Shown here: one piece after another, positions 24,058 to 35,956 of the stretch
Position numbering within the stretch: position 1 is the stretch's first letter
How the letters are laid out: every line of letters begins with the position of its first letter
Source of the DNA: Yuukianura sp. NJ FZ-2021
Lineage: Eukaryota
DNA: 64,000 nt
Assembly (NCBI GenBank): GCA_046563655.1
Contig: CM102290.1
Coordinates: forward strand, 310,001-374,000
Direction: 5' to 3'
Translations under genes and position numbers: made by a program
The notes under the pieces: model-generated
Told to the model about the DNA's origin: nothing
Seen by the model: only the letters and a program-made list of their open reading frames with translations
The model's database searches: none

Positions 24058-27000
24058 TCTCAAATGGAAGATTGCACATAAACTAATTCACTAACTAATT
24101 CAATCTACTAATTAATTTCACAATTAAACTAATCAATTCGAACAAACTTTTCCGAATTCCTCAAAAAACAGGAAAGGAAAATACAACAGCAGGAGGAAAT
24201 TCTTTGAGTCAGCTGTGATGTGAAAATCTTCAAATGCCAATTTCAAGTAAAACTACATTGCAAAATACAAACTTGTGGCAAAACTACAAATCTCCACCAT
24301 TTCGCAATGTATGTGAAACGTTTATGTTTTGTCATTTCGTCGCTTTTTGCAATGCCGTTCCGGTTTTGCCATTACAGTTTGTGCAGAATGGCAATGAGTT
24401 TCGTCATTGAAAGTGAAAGTGAAAAACCACAACAAGCTCCTCCAACGAATCCGTAAATTTTTATGTAAAAAACCATTGGAAACCTCGTCACAATTAATGT
24501 TCAACTTGATTAAAAGTTAACCACCAACTTCATACAATTTTAATCAACTAAAACGTAAAGTGTTAATGAAGATCTAATCAAGTAATTAGCGTATGCTCTA
24601 CTTTCAACCCCATAAAAACCTTTCAATACCGGTAGTTCAAATTAATGTTCAAAGATTCGGGCAAGAAGGGGTTACAAGATCATGTTTTGGAACAAGATTT
24701 ATTGCTTTGTTCCTTTAACTTCTTAAAGGAGATGCATATTGTGGTAGGATTTTAGTATTGAATGACTTTTGACTTCTAATTTATGACTTTGTATCAAACT
24801 CGTTTTGGTATTCTTTTGTACCAGTTAATTGATTACTGGCCTGATTTTGGTTTGAATCAATTATGTTTTCAAGGTTAAAAAGTGAATAGAGATTGAAATT
24901 TTTAATTTTGTCAATTCCTCTTTCCTGTGTTGACGCCATAGGACAAAGGTCAAAACGTTTTCCCGCCAGAGGGCAAAGGTCAAAGCGACAAGGGCCGTTT
25001 TTTAAAGAAGTCTTAATGGTAAACATTCTTAGAAATGTTTGGTGTCCAAAGTAAACAAAGAAATTCCAGATGCCAATGTTTATAAACGGGTTTGTTTAGA
25101 TTTCAAAGGAAAGCGGCTCCACCACCATTCAATTGTAAAGACCTCTTTTAAACTTTTCCGTCACGTTGTAAAGTCTTGGAAGTCGTGAATTTGTTAACGC
25201 CAAGTTTACAATTTTTAAAAAGTTAGCAGATTTTAAACAATTAGTTAACGGCACTTTTAATTAAAGTCACTTTTGCACTCTCTCTGCCTTAGCCTACACC
25301 AGCCCACCCTCCACTAAACTCATCTTCTATGCTTTCGGATTAACCTAAAACTACTTTTAAGATTTCAATTAACCCGAAGTTAACGTCGTGACATGTCACG
25401 GAAGAGTGTGTTCGGTGGGAGACAATGGACGTGGGTGGGGCCGGGGGTTGGAATGTCCACTTCACCCCCTACCCTCTCCACATTCCACCAAAGCCCCACT
25501 ATGAGTGGGTAGGGCAGGGAGGGTGCTTTTCTAAACCCTCATTTACATTCACCACTACACGTTCTCATTTCAGTCATTATTCACCCTTTAGTCCATACAC
25601 TATTTAACAACAATTACCACCATCAATCATAACTTAACATTCAATTAACTAAACATTCCGTCATCCCCACTCATACGCTAAAAACAGGATCTACAAAGTC
25701 ATACCACCCCCACATCAAGAAACGACGGATCTTCTTCTACGATACGGTACGGATTTGTCAAATCACGGCTCATTTCAATTGATAATCACAACTTCAACGT
25801 TGTCATCTGTTCAAACATTCGGTTTTAGATAACAGGACTGTCCGGAACAACTTCTGGACGCAGGGTATTGAATATTGGGCGGAGGGTTAGCGAGTCAATA
25901 AGGTTGGAAACGTCAATCAATAGGTTTGTGAAGTGCCCTAATTAATGGGTCGTTAAAGTGAGTGAAAATCCAGAAATCGAAACTGTCTTTGCTTGTGCTA
26001 CACATTTACTTTTTAGTACTAAACTACTTTGTTTTGGTGGACCATTGATTTATTCGGACTTTAACCGACGTAGTACATTCGATATCCTTTTGTTGGTTTT
26101 GTTAGGTGACCGAGTTCTGGACGACAACATCAACATCATCATTGGAAGAAGGGGATATGAACGTTTTGTCAACGTCAGCAATTCTTCAGCAGAGATCTTT
26201 ACTACGCGTAAGTGATTTTTGTGAAGTTTAGCCTTGTCGAATGTCCAGTTAAATTGTTAGAATTGGTTAAAGTTCGTGAATGACGGCTACACTAGTGATA
26301 AATTTCTAGGAATTGCTAAATTTTGACAGTTAACATAGTAGTTTCAGTTGTAGTCGGTGTTTAAGTTATGAAATAAACCGTAGTTAGGTACTAACCATGA
26401 AAGAGATGACTTTGTTATGGGCGATTTTTACAATAGACAGATTGCGCTTTTTTCCAGCGACTGTAGTTCCTTAAGTTGAGAAATGTTTTGGGTGAAGAAG
26501 GTCGTGACCTCAATTTTGAGAAAAAGTGACAGATAAGGTGAATACTGACGACGATGACGCATAGTGTTCGGCACTTAAATGTAAAGCAGTAAGCAAATTA
26601 CTACACTAAAGAGCATAATTATATCACCCTTGGGAACTTTAAGCCGAAACTAAACTTATAACAAAAACCACAAGTACTTTCATCATTCTAATATCCAAAT
26701 AAACTTAAATCCAACCCACATATAGTTAGTACAATTCCTGAATTCCCTCTTTTTTTTTTTGAGTTTGTATAACCCATTGACGAAAAGAATCAACAACCTG
26801 TTGGACGGGTATTATTGTTCCGTGTGCGTGTTTTTAGAAAAAGCTGAATCATAGAATTTCACATTAAACAAAACACGACTCGTGTTACACAGGGAGGGCG
26901 GAACAAAACAAGCCAAACGTTCTACACTGAACTCAGCTTTTCGGCGAGTTGAGAAACCCAAAAGCCCAGTGTCAGCCAAAATGTAGGTTTTTAAACACAC

Positions 27001-27161
27001 TCAAATTTCGACAATTTCACACGACTTTAATTAAACTAAGGCATTAACATAGTTTTTCTCAACTCGAATTTCGAGCAGTAGTTGGCCGTAGGCTATGTAG
27101 AAAGACACATTAGCTGACGGTCACGATCTCGGTCACGTTCTTTTGTTGAACCAAACGTTAC

Positions 27162-27377
27162 GGCGAGTGATTGTACCCCAGTTAGCATTGTATTGTAACC
27201 CCTTGAATTCCGTAGTGGGAAATTCAAAAATCCCGAATTTGTACTGTACCCCCTAATGAAATTCTAGGCGGGTAATTCAAAAAATCCGAACGTAAATTTC
27301 AGATTTTCGGATTTAGCCCGTGGGGGTAAAATAGGGTTTACAATTGTAATGCTACCTGAGGGGCACAATCACCCGCT
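27162..27377. mobile_element. Foldback/MITE-like element in Graf 5'UTR intron
   Basis: About 40-bp imperfect inverted arms GGCGAGTGATTGTACCCC..TAGCATTGTATTGTAACCC / GGGTTTACAATTGTAATGCTA..GGGGCACAATCACCCGC. Confidence 0.6.
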
Positions 27378-27569
27378 CTAAAGTTTACTTCAACCGTTTC
27401 TTTGTTTCAACGTTGCATTTACGTTGAGCATAACCTTATGTCTGACGTTTCTAACTTTTTCATTCTTTTTGTCTCTTTTTTAGGTTTCGTTCGTGACACA
27501 ATGTCCTCGCATTCCATTAAAAATTGAAATCCTGGTATACTAAAAATTGAACAATAGGAAGAACTAAGG

Positions 27570-30500
27570 ATGGGCCTCCAGGCATTGGAGTTCAAAGAAT
27601 GTATCACGGACAGTCCCTACTTCCGAGAAAATCTCCATGCTCATGAAAAGGAACTTGAAAGGACTAGTGCTCAAATCAAAGGACTGCTAAAGGACTTCAA
27701 GGAAATTTTTAATGCAGCACGATGTATAACAACTTATCTCATTAAAAATTTCATACTAAAAAGAAAGAAACGTTAGAAGATGTATCGAATTTCAGGGCTT
27801 GACTAACACTTTTCTCTTTTGTTTTCTAGTGTTGTCACGAGCACAGCGATCACTAGCCTCGTCACTTGAGAGTTTCCAATTTGAATGGATCGGCAGCAAC
27901 CAAACAGATGACGAGTTACTAATTGCTCAATCGGTCCAAGAATTCGCACGACTCATCTCTTCTATTGAAGATGAAAGAGATCGGCTCGTAAGTGTTGATT
28001 ATTTAAACACTTTCTGTCAAGGTCGTTTCTGGAATCAAAGTGTTTTAATTTGTTTATCGCTGGATCTTGTTTTGTAGCTGGAAAAAGCCAATGATCAGTT
28101 CATCAAACCGTTGGAAGATTTTCGAAAAACGAAAATTGGAGATGTCAAGGTACGGAGAAATGAATTTCAGAATTTCAAAATTTGGAGGAAAACTTTCAAA
28201 TTGTTTACTTTTGTGTGATTTTTTGTGGTTGTAGGAAGGAAAGAAGAAGTTTGATAAACAAACGGCTAAGTTTTGTCAGAGTCAGGAACGTTACTTGAAT
28301 CTTTCTACGAAAAAGCAAGACAATGTGCTACAGGAAGTAAGTTGCTCACTTTCTTAACGCTTAACGTTAATTTACCTGAGAGTTGCACAATTTACATGTT
28401 CCTGGAACAGTAACAACATGACAACAACAGGGTGAGTGAGGGTCTGCCGGGGTAAAAATTCGGGCATTAGGGTGGGAGCTGTGTGTTGAGCCTTTGCGCA
28501 GGAGAAGATCGATACTGGCTCATTCTTTACTTTTCTTGTGTCTGAAGCGGAGCCATTCACTTTTTGTGGTTAGAACTTCGAGGTCAAGGAGCAACTTGAA
28601 CGTCAAGTTGCAACTCACCCACGCTTCTCATTCATTGCAACGGTCACTGTATCGGTTGCTAGGACGACGGTAGCCATAATAGCTGCACTGTCAGGAGTGA
28701 ATGGTGACCGTCGGACGGTTAAAAAGCAGTGGAAAGTTGTCAATTTCATTTTTGAAAACATTCTTGTTCAAAAGTGGTTAAAAAGTAACCTTGTGCCAAA
28801 AACATTTTCGGTTTGATTTGCTGAAGCTCAATTCGAAATTGCAATGTGAGTCTGTTGTTGTTTGCTGCTGACCTGGTTAAGCTTACTAGTAAAGTTAAAA
28901 TGTTAAAACACAGGTAAAATGTTAAAACTTGAATTTGTAGTGATTTATTTGATTTTTTTTAGGCCGATGCATCGGTGGAAATGGAACAGCGTCATTTTTG
29001 TCAAGCGAGTCTCAACTACATTTATCTTTTGCAGGAAGTTCAGGAATCCAAAAAATACGAACTCGTCGAGACGGTATGCCTTCAGTTTTTCAAAATTTAA
29101 TATGAAACTTTTTTTTTGAAATTTTGATGTTTTTTGAAATAATGTTTTGAAAACAGCTTTTAGGGTTCATGTACGGATGGCTCACGTTCTATCACCAAGG
29201 ACACGAAGTTGCCACTGACTCTAAACCATACATGATAGACCTCCAGAAAAGACTACAAAATGTAAAAACTACGATTTTGATCAAATTTCTGAAAAAAATG
29301 TGTTTGTAATTCAACGAGATGTTTTGATGAACGTGTTTTCTATATAATTTTGTTATTTTTTTCTAGACAAGAGAATATTTTGAGACGAGAAGAGATCATA
29401 CCAAGATGCTCATGCACAAAATGCTAGAAAACAGGAAATCTGTAAGTGTCCATCATCAACACTTTTGTCATGCAAAATCAAAAATCAGTGTAAATCTTTG
29501 ACCTTTTGACCTCCGACCTTCCAGAAATCCTGTTCCAGTATTTAAAAAGTGCATGTTTTATTGTATTTTTGTACAGAAGGAACCTAGCTGTCTCGACAAA
29601 ATGTATACAAGGCAAGGTTACCTTCTCCTCATGGAAAAAAGTTAGTCTCTTTTTTGAAAAAGTGTTTTTCTAAAAAACTGGTTTTCTAAAGAATTTCTGT
29701 TTCTGGTTATGTCTAATTTGAAGAAGCCCTGGGTACGGCATGGACAAAGTTCTACTGCATGTACGAAAAGAGTACAAGGAAATTTTCAATGATTGCCTAT
29801 AATCAAATTTCTGGAAAAATCGTAAGTTTGTGGAACTTGAAATAGAGAAAGATGAAAGAGGAAAAGGCGACTGTTGCTAAGGACTCCTTAGCAACGTTCC
29901 CCTTTTCCTTGGTAAGGAATCACGTAATGATGTCGATCCTCAACTTAAATCTATTTCTGTAGACTGGAACGGATGAAATTATTTTGAAGTCATGTATTCG
30001 ACGGATGTCAGATTCAATTGAGAAGCGATTTTGTTTCGATATAACTGCCGAAAACAGACCTGGAGTCATCTTTACGTTCCAGGCACTCTCCGAGGAAGAC
30101 AGGAAACTGTGGCTAGATGCTATGGACGGACGAGAACCGGTAAGTTAGTGACTAACTTCAACTTAAGTTAAGTTTAATTTTAATTTTACCTAGTTTTTAC
30201 TCAATTAATAGTTTCATCTTCAGTTACTAACTGCACCGCTCCCGATATAACCTACATTTTTTTTTTCGAAAATATGCCACTCCAAATTTCAATAAAAAAT
30301 TTGAACTAGCTTTTCCTAGGTGCTATATGAGGGAGGATAGCTTGTTACAGTAAACCCTCTCAAATGGCAACTCACTCTGATTGGTTGGTTTGGTTTTCGC
30401 ATGCCATAACTTTCTGATTGCATGACTTCAGTATTGCTGGATGTTTTTTTCTTTAGGATTTCGTCCACATGATATCCACTAAATGGATACATCCGGATAA

Positions 30501-33298
30501 AACCCGTTTTCGATGGACGAAATTGAGTTTTATCCGGACAAAATAAAAAAAAATCCGGATACATCCACCACTTTCAAGCAAAGTGGAAAAAATATTTTAT
30601 CCTTCCAGCAACATTACAAGGCATTAAACATATTGGACCACCGAAAGCCTCAACAGCTGATTTGTTTAACGTTGAGCTCCCTCCAAAAATTTCAGTTTTA
30701 CGGTAATCTGCTGAGAAAAGGAGTTGCAATGTGTGAGGGTGTACTGTATTTTTTTTTTCGTGTCATGAAGAAATGAGAGCTTTCAGAACCAGCTTAGCTC
30801 TTCTCCGATTATTATGGAATTGCGTTTTGTTTCAGAAAAATTATGTTAAGTTGAAACAGTAATTAATTAATTTTTTATTGCAGACGTATGGACAGCCTGG
30901 TCGAGTGTCGCGTGGTGAAGAGACATCACTGGACGAAAGTGGATTTTCCTTTGTGGAAGAATGTATTACGGAATTGGAGAATCGTGGGTTGGAAGAACAA
31001 GGGCTGTATCGCTTGGTAGGCGTTTCCTCCAAAGTAACCAAACTCCTGGCTCTCGGAATGGACAAGCGGAAAGGCGACAAAGTAGTTCTCTCTGACCGTT
31101 GTGAATGGGAGACGAAAACGATCACTTCTGCACTCAAAACGTTTTTTAGGAACTTACCAGAACCAGTCATGACGTTTCGACTTCATGAACAATTTATTGT
31201 TGCAGCTAGTAAGACTCATGATTAGTTGATGAATTAACTGAGAAACTAAGTGATTCTTTGTTGTTGTTTGCAGAACAAGAGACTCGAGTACAAAGAATCT
31301 CGGATGTTCATTCCCTTGTGCATCGACTTCCGTCACCCAACTTCAGAGTTTTAGACATCCTCATCGGGCATCTTCAGAGGTGTGACTAATTTCCAGAATT
31401 GGCAGATTTTTTTTGGTTTTGTGAGATTTTATGACTAATTTTGTTTTTGTACAGCATTGCCCGAAAGTGTGAGAAGAATAAAATGACCGTGAGTAATTTG
31501 GGCGTTTGTTTCGGCCCAACACTCCTCCGTCCAGAGGAAGAAACTGTTGCTGCTATCATGGACATCAAGTTCTGCAACGTCGTAGTAGAGATTCTCATAG
31601 ACAATTATGACAAAGTGAGGGGAGTTATGAAATTTTAAAATTTTTGAAAATTTTGAAATTTTTATGAAACTAATTTTGAATTTTGAAAGATTTTCAAATC
31701 GAGTCCCCAAGCTGTAGAGAGCCAAGATATCCCTAGTGGAGCCAATGTGCCTCGGAGAGTCACTTCGCCTGTCAAACACGTAAGGGTCTGTGCACATTTC
31801 CTTTTTTTACGTTTGTTTCAACGTTTTGAAGCTAAGTTGACTAATGTTGGCCTGTGGACTTAGGCTGTGGTGACCTCCTACAATGGTCCAAAGTCACTGA
31901 GGTCATCGTGGGACAACCTGCGTCCAATTCACCAGTCAACTGCCACTCTGCACTCCTCGTCACATTCCAGTTCCTCAAATCAAAGTGGTGGAGAGTTGCC
32001 GCCGCATGGACTCAGACCAATCTCAACCACAATCCACAGTCACCCCATGTCACGCCTCGAAAAAGGCCTCGGAGACAACGGAACTTCCTTCTCTCAACCT
32101 CTGTTGAGCAAACCACGTGGGTTTAACGATTAATTGATTAACGATTAGTGACTAATCGACGATTAATTGCTTAATTGGTGTGAGTTGTGTTTAGGGGTGT
32201 AAATCCTTCATCGCTTTCTAGAAATCCGGATTTCGGATTTTCAGGAATTTTAATATAAATCCGGATTTCAGAATAATATAAATTTCCCATAACCATTGTT
32301 TTTTAGTTTTGCAAAATCTTGAACAATGCTAGTTTTAAACTCCAAAAGTGACTTGATGAAATTGATTAACCTGTTTTTGTATTTAAAGTCAATTTTTAGT
32401 TTTCGATTTCAATTTCAATTTTTCAATTCTCTGTACTCTGAAAATGGATCCGTCAAAAAAATCCATCAAATCTGGACTCCATTTTTTTCGAAATCCGGAT
32501 TTAGAAGAATCCGGATTTACGTCCGGACCAAAACTCCGGATTTCCACCCCTAGTTGTGTTAAAAAAGATTGACTTAAAATTGTTTGTTTGAAACAGTAGA
32601 CAGGCGATCGAATAGCAGTGGGTCGAGTGAGTCCGTGGCTTCTTGGCCTGGAGTGCCTCCTGCTGGAGTGTCACATCCCACCCAACCTCCACCCTACCAA
32701 CCTCCCCCTGAACACCATCTTACCAATGGAAGAGATTACGCCATTCTCACACGTAAGACATAGACACTGATTGATTAAGTAATTGATTGACAACCACCAA
32801 TTGATTCATCAATGTCCACAAACTTTTGTTTGGACAGTAGAAAGTAAAGGGGGATTTGTTTGTGCAGGTCTGACGAAGGGCCAACCGTCGACGCGCAGCG
32901 TGTCACCATCCAAGATTGAGAATATGTAAGGCTAACTTTACATTTTAATTAACAATTAAATTACGTTTTAAGTTAATTAATTAATTTGTAAAAATTCAAT
33001 CTAATTCTTAAGTTCAATCTTCAATCTCAATTTTTTTGTACAGGAAGTGTGCCAGGACCTTGTACGCCTGTACTGGAGAACACGACGGAGAATTATCTTT
33101 TGAACCCAACGAAGTCATAACCAACGGTAACTCTAAATCCCAATATATTTAATAGTTTATTGTATTTTATTATATATATTATTATATTAATTGTATTTGA
33201 AAATTGTAGTGAAGCCCTCAGTGGAGCCAGGTTGGCTCGAAGGGACCCTGCGCGGGAAGACAGGGCTCATTCCAGAAAACTACGTGGAGCCACTATAG
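27570..33298 (+). CDS. Graf: GRAF/ARHGAP26-ARHGAP10-oligophrenin family RhoGAP (BAR-PH-RhoGAP-SH3), about 19 coding exons
   Basis: [32 protein letters not shown] (BAR); [16 protein letters not shown] and [10 protein letters not shown] (PH); [13 protein letters not shown] with the arginine finger and [41 protein letters not shown] (GAP); [33 protein letters not shown] (SH3). A likely non-coding exon ends at the GTAAGT donor near 26208. Confidence 0.96.
30429..30616. mobile_element. hAT-like MITE (TCCGGA-rich family A)
   Basis: TIR CAGTATTGCTGGA...TCCAGCAACATTA; colinear similarity with 46266-46457; degenerate 8-bp flanks. Confidence 0.7.
32192..32552. mobile_element. hAT-like MITE with perfect 8-bp TSD
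   Basis: TIR TAGGGGTGTAAATCC...GGATTTCCACCCCTA flanked by GTTGTGTT on both sides; subterminal TCCGGATT repeats. Confidence 0.85.
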
Positions 33299-34433
33299 TA
33301 AAGTCAAATCCAACGAAACTGAATTTAACTACAACACGAACTCATTCCGTCAAAATCTTCAATTCTTTGTGAATCTTCATCCGTAGGAACAGTAGTAAAT
33401 TGTCCCAGAAAACGAAAGAAACTCTTCGCTCCAGAAAGCCAGAAAGAAGAGGTCTCGAGTCCCTTAACCTAAAGTTGAAAAAAAGTTAGATTTTTTGTGT
33501 AATTTGAAAATAGAGAAGAAATTAACTAAAAAAGCTGTTGTCGGAGCCTCCATTTTCTACTTTGTATTTGTCTGTGACTCTGTAAACAATCGTACTTAAG
33601 AAACAGAAAGGTACTAAACCTATCCTTTAGAAGACTTTTAATTTATTGTTAAGATAATTACGATAATTGCTAAGATAATTATCTTATTATCCCAGGATAT
33701 ACTAAGATAATTGTCCCTCTTCCGTGTGCCATTCCTTTCTCTCTCTTTCTCCAATTAAGTTAATTCTAGTAATTGTTAATTTGTTGCTGCTTTTTTTAGA
33801 TTTTGACAAAGAGGCTGAAAATTTTTGTTAATTTTTTTTAGGTTCGTGTTTGTGCAAAGTTAAGATTTTTAGCCATTCCCTATTTAATTTATTTGGAAAT
33901 TGTTTAAAAAAGACTAGAAGTGACTAGAAAAGGACTAAAGCTTCGTACTATTTAAAGTCTAAAAAAAAGTAAGTTGTTTACTTTTTGGAAGACTCCGTTG
34001 AGACACGTACCTTTGAGAAAGGAAATTTTCCTACGGCGCTACGGGTAGTTTGTAATTGTTTAAGATGGGAGAATCAAGGCGCATCCACTGTGATCATACA
34101 ATAAAGTTCTATTGGATTGGACAAGAGAAGAGCCAATTTACATTTGGATGGACTGGAATTCCTGGAGAAGTTGCTGGAACGGTGACTCTGGACAGCCTAA
34201 CGCTGACTCTGTCTCCTTCCAGGAACTTTTCCATTCCGGCGTAATTGGAAACGCAGAATAATTCCCACGGCTTCTTCTGTTCCATGAGAAGAAGTCGTTT
34301 CCCGCTCCCATTTTGTTTATCTAAATCCATTCGCTTTAATCTTCAATTGACTTTCACTTCGACTCAAAACTTTCTCCTTCGCACCCTACTCTAAAAAACT
34401 AACCTGAAGTCCAACATAACCTTCAGCTTTACC

Positions 34434-34907
34434 GGTAGCACGCCATTTCGTCGAATGAATTACTGCGAATGGAATATTTCGAAAGGAAAATTACTACGAA
34501 TTATTTTAAATAAAATTATATTCGGTTGTGTCAGAAAGAAAGTTTGATTTTTTTAGGCTAAATATCATTCTGACTTGCCAAAAATATTTAGTTCCCATGC
34601 CTGTAATGTTAACAAAATCAATATTTCGGGTATTTTTGTATTGTATTTTATAAATATTTATTTGTTTACGTATGCCCTTAATGCTAATTTCTTAAATATT
34701 TCAGACTTTATCACTAAAATATTGTATTTATTTAAATATTTCGCTAGTTTTTAGTAAATATTTTTGGCAGGTGTGTTCATTAGGTTAGCTTTGATTAAGG
34801 TCGAAATCATTAATGTTAAGGTTTGCGTTGCAACTACTTTTCGAAGTAATTCGACTTTCGACGTAATTCGTTTCGCAGTAATTCATTCGACAAAATGGCA
34901 TGGAATC
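34434..34907. mobile_element. TIR element (same family as 19442-19605) with a nested MITE at ~34570-34775
   Basis: About 35-bp TIR GGTAGCACGCCATTTCGTCGAATGAATTACTGCGAA / TTCGCAGTAATTCATTCGACAAAATGGCATGGAATC. The inner element has TGCCAAAAATATTT TIRs like 46132-46242. Confidence 0.75.
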
Positions 34908-35491
34908 GCTTAACCTAACGTTCCTCCCAGGGTGCAGCCCGTCTCGATTGGGCACAAGTCAAATGCCGATTTGGCTTTTAGTTGAAATGGACTTGGAGTC
35001 TTTTAGTAAAACGCTGAACAGTGAGTGTCAGTTGACACGCGAACTGGTGGGGGCTGTGCTGGAAGGTGCCACAAGTTCCTCTGGCAGGACATTCAATACT
35101 TCCACAACTTTCCAGCACTTTAGTACGTTAGAAGCTTAGAAACCAATTGAGACCTCATGCTTTTTAGTCAAAATCAACACAAAACGGACCAGTTTAGTCT
35201 CCTGCCTTTCAATTATGGGTCAATTTATTCGTCTTCCAGGAAGCTCCGCCCCTTTCAACTTTTGGCGCCAAACCTGCTGCTCCCGTTTTGAATTCTTTGT
35301 TATACGAGTTGGGAATGCCAAATTCCACCAATGATAGGCTTCGGAAAGTTTTTGAACTTGAATTCCAATTTCTTCTTTTTTACTTTTGAGGTTTTAAAGT
35401 TTAGTTTCACTTTTTGAATTTTGAAATTCAGGGAAGAGTTTTCAAATTCGCGAGTTTCCACGTCGCGATATTTTTTTATTGGAGATAAAAC

Positions 35492-35746
35492 CAAGGTTGA
35501 TATGGCAACGAAATACTTTTCCTTGAACAGGTTAGGCAATAAGTCCTGGTTTCGGAAAATCTTTTGCTCCTTTTCTCCTTTGCCAATACAAAAGCCATCT
35601 CTCCGAATTTTCTAAATCCGTTTACCATACCAACCGTGATTGAAACTAGGTGAATTCAGTTTTGAAATTTTTTAGAAAAAAACTTAAATACTCGAGTTAT
35701 TGCCTAACATGTTAAAGATAAAGTATTTCTTTGTTTATCCACCTTG
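35492..35746. mobile_element. hAT-like MITE, CAAGG family
   Basis: CAAGGT...ACCTTG termini, flanks GATAAAAC/GATAAAAA; internal sequence shared with 56589-56788. Confidence 0.8.
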
Positions 35747-35808
35747 GATAAAAATATTCGAATTTCTGGATTTTCACCTAGAATTTCTGGTTTACTGACC
35801 TGAATTTG

Positions 35809-35956
35809 GGGTCATTGACCTTTAATCTTGAGGTCATAGACCTTGAATTCGTTTTTGTGAAGGAGTTTAAATAGAATAGTGCTGTTTTGGTTTGATTAAG
35901 TGTACAAACCAATCGCTTTCCACGTTTTTCGACAGGAGGTCAAAGGTCATTGACCT
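35809..35956. promoter_or_regulatory. Cluster of nuclear-receptor response elements (3 IR1/EcRE-like, 1 DR1)
   Basis: GGGTCA-T-TGACCT (35809-35821), AGGTCA-T-AGACCT (35831-35843), AGGTCA-A-AGGTCA-T-TGACCT (35937-35956). Motif match only. Confidence 0.5.

Noticed and set aside
27724..27829. Possible U12-type intron in Graf (GTATAAC donor)
   Set aside because: Lacks the RTATCCTT 5' consensus; ordinary GT-AG intron.
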